In this document: positions 1-13,100 of the stretch, piece by piece | Position numbering within the stretch: the first letter of the stretch is position 1 | Layout of the letters: each line of letters starts with the position of its first letter | Made by a program: the position numbers and the translations under genes | DNA from: the human T2T-CHM13v2.0 reference genome, Homo sapiens | Assembly (NCBI RefSeq): GCF_009914755.1 | Contig: NC_060925.1 | Reading direction: 5' to 3' (one strand) | Length of the DNA stretch: 64,000 bases | Notes under the pieces: generated by a model | Told to the model about the DNA's origin: nothing | The model's database searches: none | The model's input: the letters and a program-made list of their open reading frames with translations, nothing else

Positions 1-124
1 GGAATCTACATGATGGAAAGTTTAATATGAGAGCAGTGGGGACGATCATTCTTTACAGAAATCGGGTAGCAGTTGTAGCAATAATCCAGACACAGGGAAC
101 TAAAAATCTACATGTTAAATTTCT

Positions 125-455
125 TCCTACCTCAGAGCTTTACACATGCCATTCCCTTTGCCTGGGTCACTCTCCACCACAGCTTTTACCACCTTATTCT
201 AGCTATTTACTTCTAGTTTTTTTTTATATTAGTCAAATTTTTTATCTAAGAGAAATTTTCTGACCTCCCCAAGACTCCTATTATATATATCACTCTTGAT
301 CAGGTAATTAATGTGCTGTTATTTCATGTCTGTGTCCTCTGCTAGAATGCAATGTCCATAAGCAGAAGGAATCTGTCTTGTTTACAGCAGTTATCTCTAG
401 CAATTAGGGTGCCTTGCACACTGTTGACTAATAACTTTTTGCTGAATAAATGAAG
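125..455 (+). mobile_element. L2 LINE 3' relic (approximate bounds)
   Basis: Degenerate L2 3' sequence (gctagaatgcaatgtccataagcag...gtgccttgcaca...tgctgaataaatgaa). Confidence 0.6.
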
Positions 456-719
456 GAGCTGTGATAGTTACCATAGAAAAAAATTAAACACGGAGGACAT
501 TGGAAAGGAAAATCAGCATGACTCAGGGATTTACTGGGTCTTACACCAAGGGAAAGGAAAAGCCAGAGATTCAGTCATTCCTCTGTAAACAAACATTTGT
601 TCCACATACCCTGTGTGTAAGACACTGGTGCTGGGCCCTGGGAACATGGAGATGAACAAGACATAGTTCCCTCAAATCGAGATGCTCACAGTTGGCAATC
701 ATCAAATTCTTATATAATC

Positions 720-935
720 CTTACTATAAGCCCAGTACTTTTTTGTTTAAAGCACTTTATATACATTAACTGGACAACAATTTTATGAGGCAGATACTAT
801 TATCAGTCCCATTTTATAGCTAAGTTTTGTAGAAATTAAGCCAAGGAGAAATTAAATAACTTGCCTAAGTTCACACTGGTAAGTGTCAGAGCTGGGATTT
901 GGTTGCTTTTTCCTAACTCCTAAGCTATATTGCTT
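720..935 (-). mobile_element. MIR SINE relic
   Basis: MIR core in reverse orientation: cccattttatag...aaataacttgcctaagttcacac...cagagctgggattt. Confidence 0.7.
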
Positions 936-1229
936 CTTTGATTTTCACAAAGTGGCATAATAATAGATAGTTCAGAATACCTGGTCCAGAAGTAGCCCAG
1001 AAAAGAAAGTGGCCATCTATCCAGAAGGCAGAGTCAAGGAAGGGGACGTGACAGTGTCATGTGGAAAGAGTGATAGGGAAAACATTACAGGTGATAGCAT
1101 TTCAAGGCAAGAAAATATGAAAAAAAATGATATTTTGGGAGATCTACAATCCGTTTAGAATTTCTGGTGAATTCCTGAAGGGAGAGGACAACAGATAAAG
1201 CTACTGATGAGGTCAGCAGGAGAGGTTTG

Positions 1230-1935
1230 TCTACCACCCTAAGGCATTGAGACCTAATTCCAAAGGTTGTCAGGAACATGGGACTATCAAAAGCAGTAGG
1301 GGTGTGGTGAAGTGGGATATGATCCAAAATCAGACTTGCTGATTGGGAATACCACCCCAGCAGTAGTGAGGAAGGATAGGTTTAGAGTGTGAGCTGGAAA
1401 TAGAGAGACAGATTAGGAAGTGACTGCAATCAGACAGGCAAGAGATTATGAGGGACCCCTTTAAGGAATTAACAGTGGACACAGAAAGGATTTAAGAGCA
1501 CTGCAGAACTTGGAGAGTCACTGGATGTTGGGAATAGAAAGGAAGCAAGCTAAGGATCTCTTCAGGGTTCTTGACTTATAAAATCAGGCCACAAAAAGAT
1601 AGGTGGGACAACAGAGATGAAAGATGGTAAGTTATTTTTGGAGCATGTTTCATTAGAGATAGGCTGACTTCCTGGGTAAAAAGTCCTGTACTTGGCAATG
1701 TGGAGTCTTTACTTACTAAGAAGTTTGAAGCTCGCAAGTGTTAGTGGAAGTTGTGGATGTGATGAAGACATGGCGGGAAAGGACAAATCCAAGAACCAAC
1801 GGAAGGGCTGAGCACAGAACCTTGAAGGATCAATCACAGTAGGGGTGGGAAGAAGAGGAGCCTGAAGAGAAGAGCAGAGATGACATGACTAGAGAGGCAG
1901 GAAGACACTCATCTAGAGCCACATCACAGAAACAA
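1230..1935 (-). mobile_element. L2 LINE relic (approximate bounds)
   Basis: Purine-rich degenerate L2 antisense pattern (gagagacagattaggaagtgactgcaatcagacagg; gagcacagaaccttgaagg). Confidence 0.55.
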
Positions 1936-3466
1936 AATTGCCACACCTTTCCTGGACTGTCATCCGGGAAATTCCTACTCATTTCTTCTTCAAAGTTCAA
2001 CTCAAGCACTTCCTTCTCTGGGAAGCTTTCCTTGACTGCCCCCTTCCATGTAAAAGCCTGTTTCCCTTTGCTGCCAACTGCTACTTGTGTACAACTTGAA
2101 CTTTAAAGAAAGTACCCCTTCATATCTTTCTGTCTGAACGCCCGTCTTAATGCTTCGCTGTAAGCACCTTGGGGGTCCCATATCACATTGCTCACCAGAG
2201 GGCTTGGCCTGTAGAAGATGCCTAATACATATTTGCTGAGTGAAGCCCTGTAGGAAACATTGAGTATCATTAAGACTTCCTCAGAAGAGCCACTGCAAAA
2301 TCTGTGCCAACTGTTGATGCTTCTAGAACACAGACTTACTTTCAGTTTTCCAAATAACCCATGTTGGTCTCAATGAAAGCCTTCCTATTAATTACCTTCT
2401 GAAGTCCTAATCTTATTTCAGAGGCCAATTACATCTTCCATGGGTATATTTTCACTACCAACCCAGAGATCAAACCACCATCAAAGCCCCCGAGTCCTGA
2501 GTTAATCATCCTTCTATACAAACTTTCTTATGCATATTTTTTTATTGCATAGACCAATGATATGCTCATCTCTGTGTCTTACATCAGGATGACCAGACTA
2601 TGAGCTTTTCGATTGAAAGACCAATGTCTTGAAGATCTGTGGCTCCAGCAGTTATCACAGCAGCCAAGCATTTGGTAAAACCTTGGGAAATGGAAGAGGA
2701 ATTAGATGGTGCCTTGATTTCTGGCCATCAAACAGGCCACCATCAGAGGGCACTGGCGGCTCTATCAGGCTGAGATTGCTTGAGGTGTTCCCACAGCCTG
2801 AATCATAGGCCATTTGTGATGGAACTGTAACTCCAATCTGGACTTCTGCATTTTTTCCAGGCAGCGGGATAGGGGGTGCATGCTCTTACTTCTGGATCAG
2901 CTTCTCTGCTCCGAATGCCTTACTGGATTTTAAACTACTCTCTCTGTCTCCATGCTAAGTTACAGCCTGTTCTCCTTACCACATCAGAGGTGTGTCTAAG
3001 AAACAGCTCTGCTCAAAGCATGTTATACAAGGTTTTTCACAATTGCCTCAACCTGCCTTTACAGTTGTATATCTGCCACCAGTCCTGGTTTACCACCACA
3101 CTGTCAATACAAAATTCTCTGCTGTTTCCTGAATAGACCACAGATGCCCCCACACTAGTGCTCTTAGCTTAGGCTGTTTCCTCTTCTGCAAATTCCCTTC
3201 TCCACCTCTAAGAGTTCTAACTTGTCATGCAAGGCTTTTGTATTATCTACTTGATAAAGAGTTCTCTAATCATCCAGGTAGAGTTTTTCTCTCTGCATTA
3301 TGTTGCAGGCTTTTAAGAATGTACCTTTATTACGGCACTTATCACACTATTCATATTTATTTGTTTGCTTATTCCTCTTCCATAGTTTAATATTCTCACT
3401 TTGAGGGCAAATATTAAAACCTTCAAAGAAATCTACAGGCTGTTTACTTGCAATTAAAAATGTCTG

Positions 3467-3767
<301 letters not shown>

Positions 3768-4964
3768 GTCTGGAAAGATAAAAATCCTGACATGGTCAGT
3801 AAATACATCCACAAGGCCAGGCTAGATCTTAAGGAAGCTCTCCTACTTGGAGTCACAAGACAGAAACTTGCAGGTACATTATTTACAGATTAATAAAATC
3901 CTTCAGTGGCTCAAGTTTATCTATGCTTAGATTGCAAACAGACAGCATTTGATTCACAGTCCTGTCTTCCTCATCCACAATAGACATTACTAAATACCAT
4001 GAGAGGCAGGAGTCTGTAGGCCCTCCAGATTAATTTTATTTGCTGTTTTGGCCTATAAGATAAAAGTCAAACTCCTAAGCAAAACATACAGGGTTATTAT
4101 ACCTTAGATATACCATGCTGTTGTATATCCCAGGCTTTTGCATACACTGTCCCCACTACCTCCAATCTGTGTACCTTCACCCAGTCCCGTTTTTCCTATC
4201 AACCATTTAGTTCATCTAGTATACTCCTATGTCACCTTTACAATTCCACTCAAACCTCACCTCCTCTGTGATGCCCACCTTCACTTTCATGAGAAGACTT
4301 GGGCTTTTCCTCTCTATGCCCATGGTGTTTCTGAATACTTCTGCTACTTATAGTTATAAATCACTTATAATTGTCTATTGCCTTATTGTTTTCCCTTTGA
4401 GACTGTAGTTGTTGATTGTAGGTTCTGTGTCTTATCTCCATAGCTTTAGAATATGACACAGTGTCTGTTTATTATTTACAAGCTCACACTGAGTTCTCCT
4501 GGAGGTGGGCACAAAGTAATGTACAAATAGAACATAGAAATCCAAACAGATGTCATTAGGGAAGCTTGTGTGCAGGTAGAAAGATCACAGCCACTAAGAT
4601 TTTGCTCTGGATAATAAAGCCTTATCTCCAGAGAGGCAGGACTGTCTGAGTGAAACAAAACTCTTCGTAGGAAGGATCTAGAAAATCATGAAGACTTCTA
4701 GAACAAGAATGAAAATGGAAGCCAAAATAAAAATGGAAGCCCTTTTCTATAAAATGGAACATTAGTGGAAACTCATGCATGAGTTCCAATCATCATCAGA
4801 AGAATGAACCTCAAAAGTTCATAAATCTTGAATTATAGCTGCTCTGTAACTGTACAAGAAAGAAAAATACAATGCCATAGTGGGAGGTTGTGGGAGCCAC
4901 AGGAAGTGGCTCAAGAGATTGGGTGGTAGACAAGAATGAATGGGCCCAGCTATAAGAAGCTGGG

Positions 4965-7481
4965 TGTATTAGGCCGTTCATGGTTCCCAGAAGCTGGTTC
5001 CCCAGAAGCCAAGCAGATGCCAGTGCCATGTTTTAAAGCCTGCCGAACCATGAGCCAATTAAACCTCTTTTTTTAAATAAATGAGCCAGTCTCACGTATT
5101 ACAGCCTGCAGTACATTCCAGTGCCATGCTTGTACATGCTTTACTCATAACGGAAGGCAAAACAGAAGGCACTTCATATGGCAAAAGCAAGAGCAAGAGA
5201 GACTGTATGTGTGTCGGGGCAGGGGTGGTATCACACTTTACAACAACCAAATTTTGCAAGAACTCACTCACTATCATGAGAACTGCACCAAGTCCTGGGG
5301 ACCTGCCTCCATGCATGACAAAAACACCTTCCATCAGGCCCCATCTCCTACATTGGGGAATACAATTCAACATGAGATTTGGGCATGGACAAATATCCAA
5401 ACTATATCATTCCACCCCTCTTCTCCACCCCTAAATCTCACATCCTTCTCATGCTGCGAAATACAGTCATGACTTCTCAATAGTACCCCCAAATCTTAAC
5501 TTGCTCTGGCATTAATTCAAAAGTTCCAAGTCTAAAGTCTAAGTCCAAAGTTTCATCTGGAGATAAGTTCCTTCCACCTATAAGCCTGTAAAGTCAAAAT
5601 AATTTATTTACTTCCAAGATACAATGTGAGTACAAGCATTGGGTAAACATTCCCATTCCAAAGGGGGAAAATTGGCCAAAAGAAAAAGGCTACAGGCTCT
5701 ATGCAAGTTTGAAACCCAGCAGGGCAGTCAATAAATCTTATAGCTCCAAAATAGTCTCATTTGACTCCATGCCCCATATGCTGGACACAGTGGTGCAAGG
5801 TGTGAGCTCCCAAGGCCTTTGGCAGCTCTGGCCTGTAGCTTCGCAGGGTTCAGTCCCTGTGGTTGCTGTCATGGGTTGGAGTTGCATGTCTGTGGCTCTT
5901 CTACACTGAGGGTGCAAAGTGCCAGTGGTTCTTCCATTCTTGGGTCTGGAGGATGGTGGCCCTCTTCCCACAGCTGCACTAGGCAATGCCCTGGTGGGGA
6001 TTCTGTGTGGGGACTCCTATGCCACATTTCCTCTCTGCACTACTTGAATAGAGGTTCTCTGTGAGGGCTCACTCTGATAAGCAGCTTGGACATCCAGGCT
6101 TTTCTACATGTTCCCTGAAATTTAGGTGGAGGGTGCCAAGCCTCCACCACTCTTGCACTCTGTATACCTGCAGGCTTAACACCATGTGGAAGCCACCAAC
6201 ACTTATGGCTTGCACCCTCTGGAGCTGCTTCCTGAGCTACTCCTGGGCCCCTTTGAGCCATGGCTAGTGCTGGAGCAGCCAGGATGCAAGGAGCATTGTC
6301 CTGAGGTTGTGCAGGGCAGCAGAGCCCTGGGCCTGGCCCACAAAATCATTCTTCCTTCCTAGGTCTTTGATCCTGTGATGGGCTGTCTCAAAAGTCTCTG
6401 AAATGCTTTCAAAATTGTTTTCCTATTGTCTCGGCTATTAGCACTTGGCTCCCTTTTATTTATGCAAATTTCTCTAGCAAGTGGTTTCTCTGCAGGCTGC
6501 TTGGATTCCTCTCCAGAAAAATGCTTTTTCTTTCCCTGCCACATGGCTAGGCTGAGAAATCTTCTAAACATTTATGCTCTGCTTTCCTTTTAAATATAAA
6601 TTCAATTTTAAGTCATTTCTTTGCTCTGGTATCTGAACATAGGCTGTTAGAAGAACTCAGACCACATCTTGAACAATTTGCTGCTTAGAAATGTCTTCCT
6701 TCAATCTAGATACCTTAGGTTGTCACTCTCAAGTTCAAACTTCCACAGATTCCTAAGGCATGGATACAATACAGCCAAATTCTTTGCTAAGGAATAACAA
6801 GGGTGACCTTTGCTCCAGGTCCCAATAATTCCTCATTTCAGTCTGAAATCTCCTCAGCCTGGATTTTATTGTCCATATCACTATCGGCATTTTGGTTACA
6901 ACCATTTAATGGGTTTCTAAAAATTTGCGAAGTTTACCTCATCTTCCTGTCGTCTTCTTCTGAGATGTCGAAACTCTTCTAACATCTTCTTGTCACCTAG
7001 TTCCAAAGCTGCTTCCACATTTTTGGGTATCTATCTTTATAGCAATGCCTCACTTCTAAATATCAATTTTCTGTATTAGGCCATTGTTGCATTACTCTAA
7101 AGAAATACCTGAGACTGGGTAATTTATTTTAAAAAAAGGTTCAGTTGGTCCATGGTTCTGCAGGTCACACAAGCATGGTTCTGGCATCTGTTTGGCTTTT
7201 GGGGAGGCCTCAGGGAGCTTTTACTCATGGTGGAAGATGAAGTGGGAGAAGGCACTTCACATAACAAAAGCAAGAGCAAGAGAGACAGTAGGGGGTGGGT
7301 AGGTGCCACACTTCGCAGCAACCAGATCTCATGAGAACTTGCTCACCATCATGAGGACACCACCAAGCCATGATGGATCTGCCTGGATGAACCAAATACC
7401 TCACATCAGGCCCCATCTCCAACACTGGAGATTACAATTCAACATCAGATTTGAGCAGGGACAAATATCCAAACTATATAA
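4965..7481 (-). mobile_element. Complete MSTA-family MaLR element: LTR 4965-5409, internal 5410-7071, LTR 7072-7481
   Basis: Both LTRs start tgtattaggcc and end aaactatat(c/a)a on the + strand. The ~1.66-kb MaLR internal region lies between them. 5-bp TSD ctggg/ctgga. Confidence 0.92.
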
Positions 7482-8469
7482 CTGGAGAAGCCTCTGCCAG
7501 AGTTTTGAGATAGGGCTGACAGCAGAGACTATGTCCATGTCGGTATTCCTGGTATTGAGTTCATAACAAATGCTCAAGAAATGCTTGTTGAATTGTTAAG
7601 TCATGATTTTTTCACCATGGGCCCCTTGGTGAGAGAACTGAAACCAATGATTAGTCCCAAATCATTTGAGAAGGGTAGAGGAAAGCAAAAATGAGGAGAG
7701 CCTGAAGTCACACTAAGAATTTTAATGTGAATGCAAACCTTATTACCTAATGAGCTAGAGGCATACATTAGATGCAGAAATATCAACCTTCCTCTATCCT
7801 GAGCTGGACTTGCAATTTTTTTTTAATCTTAGGGCTTTTATAACCTGAAATGGGTACAACTACTAAATCCATATCTAGGGTCATTCAATTTTCAAGGTGC
7901 TATTTTAGCTTACCAAAAGTTAAAGTATGCTCTCCCCTCCCACATTCCATTTGAGAAGTCTATCTGTCAGATTAAGATACTTTCATCAAGGTCACTAGAC
8001 TGCTTGTCAAAAGTCTTTTAACGTCAGTCACTCCAAGAATTATAAATAGCTTTGGCCTCAAACACGATTGTGTTGAGGGAAGGGAGGGAAGAAAAGGAGA
8101 AGAAGTGTGACAGTTGACTTTTTAAAAGCCATTGACATATTAAAGCTTTGAATTGCTTTTAAAATTTTTCTTTCCCATGAGTTTGAGGTTTATTGGACAC
8201 GTTGATCTGAATGGGCACGGGCCTCTGCTGAGAAAGTTGTGGGAGATGGTCGGTGTTTTTCTTGGTTTGGATGTTCATATTGTCCTTCCTGAAATGGTTA
8301 GGGGCATTTCTCTTGAAGAACTATTAATAGTCTACATTTTTAAATCTTGTAAACAGTTGTGCATAACTGATGGTGTTTCCCTCTGTAATAGTTACGTATA
8401 AGCTTTGTGTCAAAATTTTGCTTGACTTCTTACTAGAGTGAGACATTTTTCAAACTGAATAAAAATAAT

Positions 8470-8670
8470 GACCATTACTGAACACTGACTATGTTCCAGG
8501 TACTGGACTAAGCACTGAGCATACAGCTATTGCTCGCAACTTATAATAACAAATGAATAAAATTCTACCTTTGGTCTCCATTTACAGATGACAGAAGTAA
8601 GACTTGGAGAAATTAAGTAAGATGACCAAAAGTTAAGTCAGACCTCATTCTATTTGACGCCAAGGTTTGT
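8470..8670 (-). mobile_element. MIR SINE relic
   Basis: tactgaacactgactatgttccagg...ctccatttacagatgacagaagtaagacttggagaaattaagtaa. Confidence 0.7.
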
Positions 8671-9589
8671 GTAGCATATATGACATCTAGACCACAAACT
8701 CCAATGTATATGAAATAGCTCATTTTTTATAAAATTAACAACAATTGTTCTCATAGTCTATTTTGCTAGAGTGGTAGAGAATTCAGTTGAAGTCACTACT
8801 GGGACTTGCCACACCATAGAGTTGTGCTGAATTCCTAAAGTTAGTTATAGGGAGTGCCACATCATCTGAGATGTAGTCATTGGTCCTTTGTCCACTGGGT
8901 ACCATTAAGAATCTCTCTGTTCCAGACTGTGTGATCCTTTCCACTAACACATAACACCTCCCTGGGGTGGTATTTTGCTACTGAGAAATGCCTGGGCCCT
9001 TGACTTTGACCCTCTTTTTGGTTCAGGAGGCATAGCTCCCTCTTTCCAAGCTTCTGAAAGTATTCTCTCTATCCTGCATCCTCAGGATAATAGTAGCATA
9101 GTCTTTTCAAGAAGTTCTAATATGACAAAAAAAAAATCTCTTTTAAGTGTCTTTTGGTTTTCCACCCTGTAAAAATCCTAGAGGCAGAGCAGTTCTAAAA
9201 TTCCAGTTGTGAGGTAGGAAAATATAGGAAGAATAAATAAGCTAATATTCCACAAATTATTCTGCTATGTGCCTTCTTTCTTTAGGTTTACCAGGTATAG
9301 TTTGGTCTGAATAGGTATGGTCCATTGATGGAACATAATGAGCTTTGATTATTGTGTCTTTTCTTTGCAAATCTATTTTCTAGCACCCACTGCCAGAAAT
9401 GGTTGTATTTCTTAGAAACCATGGTTTATTTTTATTTCATGGGCACGGTGAGTCATATAATAGACTACATTTCCCTTTCTGCAGGTTTTTTGGAGACATT
9501 TTGATCAGATATGTGTCTGTGTACTCTGACATTCTTACAACGTATTTTCTAGACTAAATTGTATAAAATTTAGAGAGATTTGTTTTGTT

Positions 9590-9888
<299 letters not shown>

Positions 9889-10108
9889 AGGGGGTTTTGG
9901 TGCTTTTAAAATACTATGTATTATTATATATGTCAGGACCTGGGAGGGAAGATACGTAATGAAAGTGGTCTCTTGTTTGGTCTCTTCTTAAAATTTTAAC
10001 CTTTCTGTTTTGAAAACATCTAGCTTCCAGATTTTTATGTTTCATAAAGAAATATAGCATTATTACTAATAATAGTACTTGTTTTAGACCTGCTGTTACA
10101 AATACCAA

Positions 10109-10141
10109 AAAACAAACATACAAACAAACAAACAAACAAAA
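10109..10141 (+). repeat. (AAAC)n simple repeat
   Basis: aaacaaacatacaaacaaacaaacaaacaaa seen directly. Confidence 0.85.
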
Positions 10142-13100
10142 CTTTGTGTCTCTTTAAGTATTTGTTTTTCTTCAATGGAATTTGGGGAAGAAGGTTGCAG
10201 GTCAGACCAAGGAAGTGGAGCTGGGGCCAAACTGCAGCAAGCAGAGCTCAGTGCAGAACTGCATGTACTCACACTTCCTCAGCCCCTAGGCAGAATGGCA
10301 GACCTGAGCTTCCCCACCCTTCAGGACCGGAGAGAATTGAATTTATTTCTACTTAAGTTCCAGTAGGTTGCCATGCTGTCTGTGGGCACTCAATAAATAT
10401 TGACTCAATTGCGTGTTGCCATGGGTTATCTTCCTTTCTCTCTTTTCCCTCCCCAGCTCCTCTGGCTGGTTCCTTGGGTTTTTAAAAGTTATATACATTT
10501 TTTCAGTGTTTCATTTGTTTTTATGTCATTGGTTTTCAGTGTTAGGCCTCTCTGTGTTCTAAATATTACTTCTTTGTGTTTGTTTTCTCTGTCTGGTTCT
10601 TGCCTCACAACTTGTCTCTGAATCTGCCCTTCTTTGTTTTCTTTCTTTGAGACTCTGTTTCTGTATTTCTCCTTTCTATCTCTTTATGTCTCTCCTTCTG
10701 TCTCTGTCTCTCTCTCTGAAACTTCCCCATACCCCTTTCTATACTTCTGTTTGTTCCCTTCCAGAACTGTCATCAAATCATTGCATTTTCCCAGGAGAAA
10801 TTGAACACACTAACAGATTTGTATAAGTGTTCAGAATAATTCATTTTATGTTTTTTTTTTATTTGAAACAGCAGTTTCAGTCCCTAAATATAGGAACTTG
10901 GGAAAAGTAGATCAGTGTCTATGTTGACCATAATACATTCTAAATCATACAGAGTGATTGAATCAGCTCTCCTTTGGGTTTTCTATTTGCCTTCTGCCCA
11001 GACAGGATTGCATTCCTCTGCGCATTCTGACACAAATGCAGTGACATTTCACCAGGCAACTATTAGCCTAGGGGGAATATTCAGCTTCTCCCTTCCCCTA
11101 GTGTTTTAAACCTCATTCCAATAATTTGGCCTAAGATGTTGGCACAGAAATACTGGTTGCAAAAAGTCCTTGGAGACTGATGCTGACTTTCTGCCTTCTA
11201 TGTCTCAATTTTAGGGACAAAAATGAGACATGGGTTTGCAATGGCTTTCCTTCAGCCACTTTCTGGTTAAGATCTGAAGGGTGTGATCAACCTCCCTGGG
11301 GTTTGACAGGTTACTGTCCTGCTGTTGACATTAAAATTAATTCTCTAAACATCATTTGTGCCTAGAAAGGTAACAAACTAATCAGTACTTAAGCAAGTAT
11401 ATGGAGGATTGAACTTTTAAAGTGGCATGGACAGACTGTAAAAAAGGCCTGTGTCCTTGTTTTAGGAGAAGAATACAATTTCTTTTTTCTTCTTTTTATT
11501 TTTTAAATTTATTTTAGGTTTAGAGGTACATGTGTAGGTTTGTTATACAGGTAAATTGCACATCACAGAGGTTTGGTGTACAGATTATTTCATCATCCAG
11601 ATAATCAACAGAGTACCTGATAAGGAATTTTTCAAATCTCTCCTTCCTCCCACCCTCCAGCCTCAAGTAGGACACAGTGCCTGATATTCCTTTCTTTATG
11701 GTCATGTGTACCCAGTGTTTAGCTCCCACTTATAAGTTAGGATGTGGCATTTGGGTTTCTTTTTCTGCATTAGTTTGCTTAGGATTATGGCCTCCAGCTT
11801 TATCCATATTGCTGTAAAGGACATGATCTAGTTCTTTTTATGGCTGTGTAATATGTTGTATATCCATCCATGGGCATTTAGGTTGATTCCATGTCTTTGC
11901 TACTGAATATAGTGCTGCAATAGACATACGCACCCATGAGTCTTTATGGTAGAATGATTTATATTCCTTTGGGCACATACTCAATAATGGGATTGCTGGG
12001 TTGATTGATAATTCTGTTTTAAGTTCTTTGGGGAATCACTGCAGTGCTTTCCACAATGGCTGAACTAATTTACATTCCCGCCAGCAGTGTATAAACGTTT
12101 CCTTTTCTCCACAACCTTGCCAGCACCTGTTGTTTTTTGACATTTTAGTAAGAGCCATTCTGACTGGTATAGATGGTATTTCATTGTGGTCTTGATTTGC
12201 CTTTCTCTGCTGGTTAGTGATGTTGAACATTTTATAATATGCTTGTTGGCCATGTGTATGTCTTCTTTTGGACACAGTCTGTTCATGTCCATGCCTACTT
12301 TTTAATGGGTTTTTTTTTTTTTTGCTTATTAATGTGTTTAAGTTCCCTGTAGATTCTGGATATTAGACCTTTGTTAGATGTGTAGTTTGCAAACATTTTC
12401 TCCCATTCTCTAGGTTGTCTGTTTAGTCAATTGATAGTTTCTTTTGCTGTGAGAAACTATCAATTGAATAAACAGATAAACTAGAGAATGGGAGAAAATA
12501 TTTGTCCAGTTTTGTTTTTGTTGCAATTGTTTTTGGTGTCTTCATAAACTATCTGCCAGAGCCTATGTCCAGAATGATGTTTCCTAGGTTATCTTCCAGG
12601 GTTTTCATGTTGTGGGTTTTACATTTAAGCCTTTAATCCATCTTGAGTTGATTTTTGTATATGGTATAAAGAAGGGGTCCACATTCAATCATCTGCGTAT
12701 GGCCAGCAAGTTATCCCAGCACCATTTATTGAATAGGGAGTCCTTTCCCCATTACTTGTTTTTGTCAACTTTGTCAAAAACAAGATGCCTGTAGGTCTGT
12801 GGCTTTACTTCCGGGCTTTCTATTCTGTTCTATTGGTCTATGTGTCTGTTTTTGTATCAGCACCCTGCCCTTTTGATTACTGTAGCCTTGTAGTATAGTT
12901 TGAAGTTGGGTAACGTGATGCCTCCAGCTTTGTACTTTTTGCTTAGAATGGCCTTGGCCATTCAAGCTCTTTTTTGGCTCCATATGAATTTTGAAACAAT
13001 TTTTTCCAATTCTGTGAAGAATTTCATTGGTAGTTTGATAGAAATTGCATTGAAACTGTAAATTGCTTTGGGAAGTGTGGTCATTTTAACAATATTGATT

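Noticed and set aside
5081-7566. Cluster of overlapping ORFs on both strands
   Set aside because: All lie within the MSTA LTR and internal sequence; short frames typical of this GC-richer repeat.
10255-10269. GRE/ARE-like AGAACTgcaTGTACT, with a similar site near 36786
   Set aside because: Mismatch in one half-site; such matches are expected by chance in 64 kb.
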